64,000 nucleotides of DNA, taken from contig DGDZ01000017.1 of assembly GCA_002385705.1 (NCBI GenBank), positions 19,799-83,798 on the forward strand, given 5' to 3'. The notes beneath the pieces were generated by a model, which worked only from the letters and a program-made list of their open reading frames with translations, had not been told where the DNA came from and ran no database searches. Below, piece by piece: positions 18,870 to 27,702 of the stretch. Numbering within the stretch: the first letter of the stretch is position 1; the number at the start of each line of letters is the position of its first letter. This stretch comes from Verrucomicrobia subdivision 3 bacterium UBA3939 (GTDB lineage Bacteria > Verrucomicrobiota > Verrucomicrobiia > Limisphaerales > UBA3939). Position numbers and translations under genes: made by a program.

Positions 18870-19459
18870 GGCGTATTGGGAGCGTTGCGGGCTGCAGGCC
18901 TCGGCCGAACGAGGCCGGCTCGCGGCACATTTGTCCGGGCTGACGGAGGAAGCGCCCCCCGTTGCGCCAGGTACTCGGTCCACGATGGCAGTTCGATGTA
19001 GTTGATGGCCTCGAGGATCTCCGCTTTTTCCGTGGTGTCCTCGGTGGCGGCCTCGATCTCGCGCAAGCGGGGAATCATCGAGCGGTCGCCCAGTTGAATG
19101 ATGCCATCCAGCGCAGCGCGACGAACGGTCGGATCGGGATTCGTCAGCTCGGCCAGGAGCGCTTCCCGTGCAGACGCGTCCCGGCGCATGACCATCCGAT
19201 ACACATCGGCCACGCGCGGATTCTCCGTGTCCACAGCTTCGGTTTCGGTGCCGGCCGGGTCGGCGGCTTGTTCGACAACGGGCTCTTTGGCAACGGCAGG
19301 CGGTGCCGCAGGTTCAGGTTCGGGACTGATAGTACCGGGTTGCGGTGTGAATTCGGCGGCCTGCCGGGCGGGTTGCGCCGCAGGGCGCGTCGCATACAGG
19401 ATCGCCGCCACACAGAGGGCGACTGCGACGAACAACAATGCCAGGGCTCGCGTCCTCAT
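18866..19459 (-). CDS. Membrane-anchored HEAT-like repeat protein, hypothetical
   Basis: N-terminal anchor MRTRALALLFVAVALCVAAILYA, then a Pro/Ala/Glu-rich linker. The C-terminus carries a HEAT/PBS-lyase-like motif, NPDPTVRRAALDGIIQLGD. Confidence 0.55.
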   Translation of the reverse strand: MRTRALALLFVAVALCVAAILYATRPAAQPARQAAEFTPQPGTISPEPEPAAPPAVAKEPVVEQAADPAGTETEAVDTENPRVADVYRMVMRRDASAREALLAELTNPDPTVRRAALDGIIQLGDRSMIPRLREIEAATEDTTEKAEILEAINYIELPSWTEYLAQRGALPPSARTNVPRAGLVRPRPAARNAPNTP

Positions 19460-19579
19460 CGTTCTGAACTCACGGGTCGCATATTAGCGTCGCCGGCGTG
19501 CGCGGCCAACAACGGATTGGATGCCCGGCCGGGACTGCTTATTCAGTCATCGGAGTAACGGCGGACATCCTGCCTGCCC

Positions 19580-19618
19580 GGAGCGCAACTGTCTCCCGCA
19601 GAGCGGGACCAGCGGAGC
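19580..19618 (+). repeat. Third copy of the gtcccgcagagcgggac-type core repeat
   Basis: ggagcgcaactgtctcccgcagagcgggaccagcggagc compared with ggagcgcggctgtgtcccgcagagcgggaccagccgcagc at 3947-3986. Confidence 0.8.
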
Positions 19619-19748
19619 GGCTGAACGAAGCCGGCGACTCCGGGTTCGGCGAACGCACCCGCACACTACCATCAACCCTGCTGAAGGTCCGCGCACCGGG
19701 AAACGCGATTGCCTTGGGATCCCTGACTGTTTTGAGCCCTCGGTCATT

Positions 19749-20039
19749 GCTGCGACTCGCAGAGTCGCGCTCCCGACCGCGGTTCTGCGACGTCTGCGAC
19801 CCGCAGCAGCGTACGCAGGCATGCGTGCAAACTTTTGTTGTATATGCAACAAAAGGTTGCATTTCCTTGATAGTCAAGTGTTTGCGGGAGCACTGAGGGG
19901 CGACGAACTTTTGTTGCATATGCAACAAAAGGTTGCAAACCCTTGAAGTGCTTTGGGCTGCGACTCACAGAGTCGCGGTCCGGAGCGCGGGTCTGCGACG
20001 TCTGCGACCCGCAGTAGCGTACGGCAGCATGCAGGCGCA
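19749..20039 (+). repeat. Composite direct repeat A1-P1-(44 nt)-P2-(19 nt)-A2 with palindromic AT-rich cores
   Basis: A1 (19749-19829) and A2 (19957-20039) share, among other matches, an exact 23-nt run tctgcgacgtctgcgacccgcag. P1 (19830-19861) and P2 (19906-19937) are 32 nt and differ at one base. P2 contains the perfect 22-bp palindrome ttttgttgcatatgcaacaaaa (19909-19930). Confidence 0.85.
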
Positions 20040-20176
20040 GGACGACTGCGGATCCAGGTGCGACGCTACCCGGCGGCCGGGCATTCCGCCATTCTGCCTT
20101 CAACTTTGTCGAACGCTTTGTCGGCCTTTGCCGTCACCCATTTTCCCTCAAGACCGACATTGCGATCGGCGGAGCA

Positions 20177-21556
20177 TCAGGTCAGGACGCCTTCGAGTTT
20201 TCCGGTGGAATCGCCGTGCTGCTCGATATCCGGCGCGCCCATGCGGTCGGCAATGCTCAGGAAGAGGTTCGTCAACGGAGTGGACTTGACCTTCACGTAG
20301 CGTCCCGGCCGGAGAGCGCTGCCGCCTCTTCCGGCCAGCAGGATCGGCAGATTCGTATGCGTGTGGCGATTGCCATCCGCATTGCCCGAGCCATAGACGA
20401 TCAGCGAATTGTCCAGAAGCGACCGGCCGTCCACGTCCCTGGTGTTTTCCATCTTTTCGAGGAACCGCGCGAACTGCTGCACGTACCAGCGGTCGATCTG
20501 CTCGACTTGGCGGATCATTTCCGGGTTGTTCTTGTGATGCGTGAGGTCGTGGTGTCCCGAGGAAATGCCGATGTGCGGGAAGGGGCGGTTGCTGCCTTCG
20601 CCGGCGAGCAGCATGGTGGCGATGCGCGTGGAATCGGTCTGGAACGCCAGCAACAGCATGTCGAACATCAGCGCGATGTGCTCCTCGTAGCTGGGTGGAA
20701 TGCCGGGGGGCGCAGCCATGTCCGGGTTCGGCACGGGCATGCGTTCGGCGCGCTCGATGCGTTGCTCGATGTCGCGCACGCTCGTCAGGTAATGGTCGAG
20801 CTTGTCGCGGTCGCGGCCCTCGAGGTTGCGGCGGAGACTTCGCGCGTCTTCGAGGACGAAGTCGAGGATGGAGCGCTGCTCCTGCCGGCGGCGTTCGAGA
20901 TTGGCGCGGCGTTCGTCGCGCGACCCGGATCCGAACAGCCGTTCGAACACGAGGCGCGGATTGGATTCCGGCGTGAGCGGCTGGGTGGGCGAGCGCCAGG
21001 ACAGGTTGTATTCGTAGGCGCAGGAATAGCCGGAATCGCAGTTGCCGGACTTGCGCACCGCGTCGCAGGTGAGTTCCAGCGACGGGAACCGGGTCAGGTG
21101 GCCGATGCGTTGCGCGAGGACCTGGTCGATGGAAACGCCGGCATAGATGTCCGAGCCCGCGGTCTTCCGGATGCGAACGCCCGTGAGGAACGTGCCGCCC
21201 GCGCGCGCGTGATCTCCGGCGCCATCGGGTCCGGGGTTGGCGCTGAGGTTGTCCAATCCGGAGATGAGCTGCAACTGGTGGCGGACTGACTCGAGCGGTT
21301 CCAGGGTTTTCGGCAGCGCGAAGTCGCGGCCGCCGTTGCCCGAGGGCCACCACGAGGACGGTATGGTTCCGTTAGGCACGTAGAAGACGGCCATTCGCAC
21401 GGGCGCCACCGGCGCCGGCGCGGCCAGGACGCTCAGGGGTCTCAGCGATTCAAAGGCGGGCAGCGCGAGACAGGCGCCGATGCCGCGGAGGAAACGGCGG
21501 CGATTCACTTCGATCTGGAACGGTCCGTTGCGATGGGGTTGCGCGGAGGTTTTCAT
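20177..21556 (-). CDS. DUF1552 domain protein with Tat-type signal
   Basis: The start at 21556 forms an ATGA overlap with the upstream stop. MKTSAQPHRNGPFQIEVNRRRFLRGIGACLALPAF is a twin-arginine signal. The remainder is typical of DUF1552 (HHDLTHH, LLAGRGGSAL). Confidence 0.85.
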   Translation of the reverse strand: MKTSAQPHRNGPFQIEVNRRRFLRGIGACLALPAFESLRPLSVLAAPAPVAPVRMAVFYVPNGTIPSSWWPSGNGGRDFALPKTLEPLESVRHQLQLISGLDNLSANPGPDGAGDHARAGGTFLTGVRIRKTAGSDIYAGVSIDQVLAQRIGHLTRFPSLELTCDAVRKSGNCDSGYSCAYEYNLSWRSPTQPLTPESNPRLVFERLFGSGSRDERRANLERRRQEQRSILDFVLEDARSLRRNLEGRDRDKLDHYLTSVRDIEQRIERAERMPVPNPDMAAPPGIPPSYEEHIALMFDMLLLAFQTDSTRIATMLLAGEGSNRPFPHIGISSGHHDLTHHKNNPEMIRQVEQIDRWYVQQFARFLEKMENTRDVDGRSLLDNSLIVYGSGNADGNRHTHTNLPILLAGRGGSALRPGRYVKVKSTPLTNLFLSIADRMGAPDIEQHGDSTGKLEGVLT

Positions 21557-24072
21557 GGTGAACTTCTTTCTGCGATCTGAACCGGGTTTCGGTCGGGTGT
21601 TTCCATCCTGGCGGCCTGCTCGGAGGCTGGCGCCGCCTGCGCGCGGCGTTTCTGGAAGGCCGCGGACTCGACAATGCCGAACAGGAGCGGCTGGAATCGG
21701 CCGTCGTCCGCTTCGAGCTGCCGGACGATCCGGTCCACGGTTTCGGTGTCGTAATACTCCAGCCCGCGGCCGAGCGCATAGGTGAGCAGCTTTTCCGTGA
21801 GGCAACGATAGAGATCGCGCCGGTGTTCGTCGGCCAACAGCCGTTTCAACTCGCGCACGCCGCTGAAGGATTCGCCGGTGATCAAGCGGCCCGTGGCATC
21901 GATCGGCTGATTGCGCTCCTGCTCGCGCCACATGCCCAGCGCATTGAAGTTCTCGAACGCCAGCCCGAGCGGATCCATCCGCCGATGGCACGACGCGCAC
22001 ATGGGGTCGGCGCGATGGGCCTCGAGCGATTCGCGCAAGGTGGGGAGGCGGTCCTTGAACTCCGTTTCCGCCGCCTCGAGCGCGGGCACGTTGGCCGGCG
22101 GAGGCGGGGCGGGCGTGCCGAGGATGTTGTCCAGGATGAACAGGCCGCGCTTGACGGGCGACGTGCGGTCCGGGTTGGAGGTGACCACGAGCACGCTGGC
22201 GTGCGTGAGGACGCCGCCGCGCGGGCTGTCCTCGGGCAATTGAACCTTGCGCATCTCCGCGCCGCTGACGCCGGGAATGCCGTAGAGCGAAGCGAGCTTT
22301 TCGTTCAGGAATGTATAATCGGCGTCCAGCAATTCGATCACGCTGCGGTTTTCGCGCATGACCGTGGTGAATACCAGCTCGGTTTCGCGCCGCATCGCCA
22401 GCCGCAGCTCGCCGTCCAGCTCGATCCGCGGCCCGTCCAGTCGTCCGCGATTTCGGCGCAACTCCCGTTCGCGCCCGGCGTCACGCGCCAGGACTACGGG
22501 GCCGTTAATGGAGATGCCGTCGAGGTCGCGGAGACGCAGCCATTGGCCGGTGAAATTCTCCACCAGCGCATCCGCTCGGGGATCGGCCAGCATGCGGGCG
22601 ACCTGGGCGCGCAGGTTTTTCCGCAGCACGCCCCGGGACGCCAGCCGGAAGAGTTCGTCGTCCGGCATCGTGGACCAGAGAAAGTATGACAACCGCGAGG
22701 CCAGCGCGTATTCATCGACGGGCGCATACGGTCCCTCGGTGCCGGGCGCGCTTTCCTCGAAGCGGAAGAGGAAGCGCGGCGACGAGAGCGCCGCGGCCAT
22801 GGCGTGGGCGATTCCGGCTTCAAATGTCTTTTCCGGTTGGGTGTAAACGGATTCGGCGAGCGACACCAGCCTGTCCACGGTGTCGCGGTCCGCAGGCCGG
22901 CGAAAGGCCCGTGTTGCGAACTTCTCCAGAAGCTCGCCCGCCAGCGCGCGGCGTTGGGCATGGTCTGACGGGATGTTGGGAGGGAAGAAGCGATCGTAAT
23001 TGGCGGGTTTGGTCCAATGGCGTTCCTCGACGGGGCCGCGGACGGCAACGGAGACGAGCCGGAGTTCGAGCGCGTGGACCTGTGTGGTAAGGGATCCGGA
23101 CGGTTGCCAGTCCAGGCGCAGCGCGCGTTCGCCGATCGTCCATTGCTGGGGGATTTCGATGCGGAACGTTTCGTTCTCGTGCCAGCCAAACTCCTGCCGC
23201 CACTGTTCCTTGCCGTCCACTTTGAGCGAGAGCGCGGATTGCGCATCGATCTGTTCGCCGGTGCCGCGCACAGCCAGGTTCAGCACGATCCGGTAGGTGC
23301 CTGCGTGGCGCGCGGGGACGGAGGTTTCGACGCTGGCGGGTGTTCCGAAGGGCAACGGCAGCATCTGGCTGGTCCGGTTGTAGCCGGCCTGGCGTGCGTT
23401 GGCCCTGTCACCGCCGGTCGAACGGAAACGATTGCCCGGAATCACGCGCTCCGGCATGACGCGCGAAACCGTGGGTACGGCCCGGTTCACGATCTCGTTG
23501 GCGGCGCTGATGTATTTCTCGAGCAACATGGGTGAGACCGTCAGCACGTCGCCGATCGTGTCGAACCCATAACCCGTGTCGTCCGCCGGCAGTTCTTCCT
23601 CCGCGTTGAAGTCGATTCCCATGAGATCCCGGATGGTGTTGCGGTACTCAACGCGGTTCAGGCGGCGCAAGGTGACGCGGCCGGGATCGATGTTTTCCGG
23701 ATCGATGCGGAAGACGTCGCGTTTGATCCAATGCTCGAGGACCTGCAGATGCTCCGCGGAGAGGCGGGGTTTGTCGGCGGGCGGCATCAGGCCGGCGCGC
23801 ACGTTCTTGAGCACGCGGGTCCATAACGAATGATCGAGCAGGGCGTTTGGCGCCAGGTCATCGAACGCCACGTCGCCCTTGTTCATCCCGTCGCCATGGC
23901 AGTCGTAACAGTGCTGAATGAGAATCGGTTCGACGTTCTTTTTGAAAGCGGCGACGGCCGGGTCTTCGACGGCACAGAGCGGACGGCATTGGAGGAGAGC
24001 GAGAAGAACGAAACCGAGCCGTGCGATTTCCAAGGCACGTCGCTGCTGGCGATAACGCAACCGGCTTCTCAT
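21553..24072 (-). CDS. Cytochrome-c domain protein of the DUF1587/DUF1592/DUF1595/DUF1588/DUF1585 (PSD1-like) type
   Basis: 839 aa. The haem motif CYDCHG lies near the N-terminus and a second Cys pair is CASCHRRMDPLG. The architecture is typical of partners of DUF1552 proteins. Confidence 0.85.
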   Translation of the reverse strand: MRSRLRYRQQRRALEIARLGFVLLALLQCRPLCAVEDPAVAAFKKNVEPILIQHCYDCHGDGMNKGDVAFDDLAPNALLDHSLWTRVLKNVRAGLMPPADKPRLSAEHLQVLEHWIKRDVFRIDPENIDPGRVTLRRLNRVEYRNTIRDLMGIDFNAEEELPADDTGYGFDTIGDVLTVSPMLLEKYISAANEIVNRAVPTVSRVMPERVIPGNRFRSTGGDRANARQAGYNRTSQMLPLPFGTPASVETSVPARHAGTYRIVLNLAVRGTGEQIDAQSALSLKVDGKEQWRQEFGWHENETFRIEIPQQWTIGERALRLDWQPSGSLTTQVHALELRLVSVAVRGPVEERHWTKPANYDRFFPPNIPSDHAQRRALAGELLEKFATRAFRRPADRDTVDRLVSLAESVYTQPEKTFEAGIAHAMAAALSSPRFLFRFEESAPGTEGPYAPVDEYALASRLSYFLWSTMPDDELFRLASRGVLRKNLRAQVARMLADPRADALVENFTGQWLRLRDLDGISINGPVVLARDAGRERELRRNRGRLDGPRIELDGELRLAMRRETELVFTTVMRENRSVIELLDADYTFLNEKLASLYGIPGVSGAEMRKVQLPEDSPRGGVLTHASVLVVTSNPDRTSPVKRGLFILDNILGTPAPPPPANVPALEAAETEFKDRLPTLRESLEAHRADPMCASCHRRMDPLGLAFENFNALGMWREQERNQPIDATGRLITGESFSGVRELKRLLADEHRRDLYRCLTEKLLTYALGRGLEYYDTETVDRIVRQLEADDGRFQPLLFGIVESAAFQKRRAQAAPASEQAARMETPDRNPVQIAERSSP

Positions 24073-24265
24073 GCGGGAAGTGGGCTCAGAATAAACCCGC
24101 CTCTCGCGCTATGCAACGCCGGGTTTTCGCGAATATCGTTTGCGAAAACTGCCGGGCAGCCGCCGGTCAGGTAACCGGGCGGGTCTGCGTCCCCGGGGGA
24201 TTTGCCGGAAGTCCTGGTCAGCCACCGTGAGTTGACGGGCAACATTCCGGGACTACTGTTTGGGC

Positions 24266-25921
24266 ATGATCTCCCTGCTCAGGCTGCTCCCGGCCGCTTG
24301 TTTTGTCGCATACGGCGCGTTTGCGGCGCCCGGATACCATCTGGTGCGCATCGCCCCGGTCTTGAACCAGCCCACCTTTGTGACGCAGGCCCCGGGCGAT
24401 CCGCCGAACATCCTGCATTATTCAACGCGCATCAGCACCGCGCTGTCCGGGTTCAGTGCGCAAAACACGATGGGCAAGATCTGGCGTTACGACGTGAACA
24501 CGCGGGAGTCGACGATCGTGCTGGATTTTTCGGAGCGAACCGTTGTCAACGACGACGGGCTGCAGTGTTTTGCGTTTCCTCCGGATTTCAGGAACACCGA
24601 GTCTCCGCTGTTTGGAAAGATTTATGTCTCCAGTTCGCAATACGTCGGCGGCCCGGCGCTGAATCTTGTCGAGGAGTTCACGATCCTGAATCCGGACGGC
24701 ACGCCGATCAGCCCTGAGACCGCGATCAACACAGGAAGAGTCATCCTGCGCTACGTCAACAATTCCGAGAACAACCACACTGTGGACTGGATCGGGTTTG
24801 ATCCGACGGCGACCGGCGAGGCGAGGAACTATCTGTACATCTCGACGGGAGACGGGGCCTTCGGGAGGGCATACAACGGGGGTTCGGGCACGACCGGGCG
24901 GCCGTCTCAGAATCCGATGGACCTGAAAGGCAAGTTCCTGAGGGTGGACGTCTCCGGCATGGACGCCTACCCGTCGGATCCGGACCGGAATTATGCGATT
25001 CCGGCTTCGAATCCGATCCCGGCGTACAACGCGCTGGATCCGGATACGCCAATCAACGGGTTGGGCGAAGTGTATGTGACCGGAGTTCGCAATGGATATC
25101 GCGCTTCATTCGATCGCGTCACCGGGGATCTGTACTGGGGCGACGTGGGGGAGAACGCGTATGAAGAGGTGAATTTCCTGAAAGCCGGCACGGCGCCGGA
25201 CGGGCCTCCTGCGGATTTCGGGTGGCCGCAATGGGAAGGAGTTCATCCCAGCACGGTGTCCGGCGCGCCGCACACGAGCACGAATCCGTTCACGGGCGTG
25301 ATTTCATTCGGTCCGATCCGCGAGTATCCGTCAACGGTGGGCGATGCGGCGATTGGCGGTTATGTGCACCGCGGCCCGGTTTTGGAACTGGAGGGGCGCT
25401 ACTGTTATGCCGATTTCGTGGAGGGCAGGATGTGGCTGCTGGATTTCGATCGCGACACGCCGCCGGCGTCCTTCAATGGGACCAACGGGACCCTCGCGGA
25501 CGTGACGGCGCTCTGGAACTCGCTGATCGTGGATCCGCTGGTGCCGACATACAAGGGAGACACGTCTCTCGGGACATTGAACGGCCTCGATCATATCGTT
25601 TCGTTCGGGGAGGACAACGCCGGCAATCTGTATATCGTGGACTTCGGCTTCGGAACCGGATTCAGCGGCCAGTACACGGCGAACGCGGGAGAACTGTTCC
25701 AGGTCGTTCCCGGGATAAGGCTTTATTGGACGAATAGCGTCGACGGAATTCAGTTCTGGTGGCCGGGCGGATTCCAGTTCAGGTTGCAGGCGCAGACCAA
25801 CAGCCTGAGTTCCGGGATGACCGGCGAATGGCATGATTACCCGGGTGGGTTCTTCTCACCCCTGACCGTTCCGCTCCCGGCGGCGGAGGAAACGGTTTTC
25901 TTCAGAGTCATCGGCTTGTGA
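24266..25921 (+). CDS. Soluble glucose/sorbosone dehydrogenase-like (PQQ-type beta-propeller) secreted protein with a C-terminal ~70-aa extra domain
   Basis: Signal peptide MISLLRLLPAACFVAYGAFA. YVTGVRNGYRASFDRVTGDLYWGDVGENAYEEVNFL resembles the SGDH block GLRNPWR.SFD...L...DVGQ...EEI. Confidence 0.7.
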   Translation: MISLLRLLPAACFVAYGAFAAPGYHLVRIAPVLNQPTFVTQAPGDPPNILHYSTRISTALSGFSAQNTMGKIWRYDVNTRESTIVLDFSERTVVNDDGLQCFAFPPDFRNTESPLFGKIYVSSSQYVGGPALNLVEEFTILNPDGTPISPETAINTGRVILRYVNNSENNHTVDWIGFDPTATGEARNYLYISTGDGAFGRAYNGGSGTTGRPSQNPMDLKGKFLRVDVSGMDAYPSDPDRNYAIPASNPIPAYNALDPDTPINGLGEVYVTGVRNGYRASFDRVTGDLYWGDVGENAYEEVNFLKAGTAPDGPPADFGWPQWEGVHPSTVSGAPHTSTNPFTGVISFGPIREYPSTVGDAAIGGYVHRGPVLELEGRYCYADFVEGRMWLLDFDRDTPPASFNGTNGTLADVTALWNSLIVDPLVPTYKGDTSLGTLNGLDHIVSFGEDNAGNLYIVDFGFGTGFSGQYTANAGELFQVVPGIRLYWTNSVDGIQFWWPGGFQFRLQAQTNSLSSGMTGEWHDYPGGFFSPLTVPLPAAEETVFFRVIGL

Positions 25922-26058
25922 CGCAATCGGTTGCGTGCGGGAGTCCCCGTGGTTCGCGCGCTCGAGTCGAGCATGTACCCCATGGCCAAACTCGGCCGTC
26001 GCCCTTGATCCCGGGGATGCGGCGGGCCATGGGTACGCTGTAAGGAGAAAGGAGATTT

Positions 26059-26496
26059 ATGCTGATGCGAAGACAACGACCCAACGACTGGACGCCGCTG
26101 GCCCGGTTGCGTGACCAGATTGATCGCATGTTCGACCAGCCGATGTTCGGCCTGGACATGTTCGGCGGATGGAACCCGGCGGTGGATGTGCTGGAGGACA
26201 AGGATAAGCTGGTTGTGAAGGCGGAGCTCCCGGGGTTCAAGCGAGAGGACCTCAATGTCACCCTGCAGGGCGATCATTTGGTCCTGAGCGGCGAACGCAA
26301 ATTTGAGGAGGAAAAGCAGGAAGCCGAGTTCTATCGGTCCGAACGTTTCTACGGCCGGTTTCATCGCGCGATTCCACTGCCGTTCAGTGTCGAGCAGGAA
26401 AACATCCAGGCGCGCTACAAGGACGGCGTTCTCACGGTGACGCTGCCGAAGAGCGAGAAATCGCGGGGCCGGCAGATTGAAGTGGCGGTGGAATGA
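26059..26496 (+). CDS. Hsp20/alpha-crystallin family small heat-shock protein (paralog 2)
   Basis: Strong SD taaggagaaaggag. PAVDVLEDKDKLVVKAELPGF...SGERK...ERFYGRFHRAIPLP...ARYKDGVLTVTLPK. Confidence 0.9.
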   Translation: MLMRRQRPNDWTPLARLRDQIDRMFDQPMFGLDMFGGWNPAVDVLEDKDKLVVKAELPGFKREDLNVTLQGDHLVLSGERKFEEEKQEAEFYRSERFYGRFHRAIPLPFSVEQENIQARYKDGVLTVTLPKSEKSRGRQIEVAVE

Positions 26497-26529
26497 CGTC
26501 CGTTTGAGGCGGGTGCGGCGCCGGGTGCC

Positions 26530-27702
26530 TTACAGGAAGAACAATCGTGCGAGGCCGACGACGGCGCCGCCGGGCACGAGCCAGAGAGAGTTTGTCCGGT
26601 GGCGGAGCAGCAGCCAGAGGGCTGTCGCGCCGACGAGAAGGGTCACCCAGTCGATGAGCGCGCTGCGGACCAGGTGAAAGGTGACCACGGCCATCAACGC
26701 GAGGGACGCAGCGACCACTCCGTCGAGAAACGCTCCGGCAAGGGCTGATTTCCGAAGCCACGGCACCAGGGGGCCGCTTGCCGCCACGAAGACAAACGCC
26801 GGCAGAAAGATTCCGGCTGTCGCCACCAGCGCGGCCGGGGTGCCGCCGAGCACGTATCCGATAAACGTGGCGGTGGTGAACACCGGTCCCGGGGTGAACT
26901 GCCCGACCGCCACGGCATCGAGCAATTGTTCTTCAGTGAGCCAGCCGAATCGCTCGACGATACCACTTCGCAGGAACGCCAGCAGGACATAGCCGCTGCC
27001 ATAGAGCACGGATCCCACCTTCACGAAGAACCAGAACAGCGGCCAGAGTCCAAAGGCGGCCCCCGCGGCCGATGTGGTGGATGCCGGAGCTGCGGCTGCG
27101 ACCAGCGCCTTCAGCATCGGCGGAGGCGTTGCCACTGCCGGCGCATCGGCGGATCGTCCGGCCCGCGCCAGGAGAGCGATGACGCCCGCGCCGAAGAGCA
27201 GCGCCAGCTCGTTCGCGCCGGAGAAATTCAGAGTCGCCGCCGCCACCGCGATGATTGCCAGCAGTCTGGTTTTCAGCGCGCTCCTGCCCAGGTTCCACAA
27301 TGCCTGTCCGACGATGGCGATGATGACGGGTTTGATGCCATAGAGAATCGCTTCCACCGAAGGCAGTTCGCCGTAGCGGCGATAGACCCAGCCGCACGCC
27401 ATGACGATGAGCGTGGCGGGAACAATGAAACAGACGCCTGCCACGACCAGCCCTGCAAACCCGGCGCGGCGATACCCGATGTGAATCGCCATTTCGGTTG
27501 AGTTCGGGCCCGGGATCAGATTGGTGGCGCCCATGAGGTCCAGGAATTCTTCATGGGTCAGCCATTTTCGTCGTTGAACCACTTCCTGCTCCATCAGGGC
27601 GAGGTGAGCTGCAGGACCGCCGAAACCGATTGTTCCCAGTTTCAGAAAGAGCAGCGCAAGAGCTTTCAGCTCCGCCGTTCGCGTCGCCGGTTGAGTGTTC
27701 AC
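26530..27702 (-). CDS. chrA: Chromate ion transporter (CHR family)
   Basis: FLKLGTIGFGGPAAHLALMEQEVV..RKWLTHEEFLDLMGATNLIPGPNSTEMA, and a second half with GQFTPGPVFTTATFIGY. I place the start at GTG 27702 (GTGA overlap with the upstream stop), giving ~390 aa. The track ORF start at 27930 adds an Arg-rich, non-CHR extension. Confidence 0.88.
   Translation of the reverse strand: MNTQPATRTAELKALALLFLKLGTIGFGGPAAHLALMEQEVVQRRKWLTHEEFLDLMGATNLIPGPNSTEMAIHIGYRRAGFAGLVVAGVCFIVPATLIVMACGWVYRRYGELPSVEAILYGIKPVIIAIVGQALWNLGRSALKTRLLAIIAVAAATLNFSGANELALLFGAGVIALLARAGRSADAPAVATPPPMLKALVAAAAPASTTSAAGAAFGLWPLFWFFVKVGSVLYGSGYVLLAFLRSGIVERFGWLTEEQLLDAVAVGQFTPGPVFTTATFIGYVLGGTPAALVATAGIFLPAFVFVAASGPLVPWLRKSALAGAFLDGVVAASLALMAVVTFHLVRSALIDWVTLLVGATALWLLLRHRTNSLWLVPGGAVVGLARLFFL

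Noticed and set aside
24124-24148. ttttcgc-N11-gcgaaaa inverted repeat in the divergent promoter region between the DUF1592 gene and the dehydrogenase-like gene.
   Set aside because: It is short, has a large loop, occurs once, and has no supporting motif. I noted it, but it is not strong enough to call an operator.
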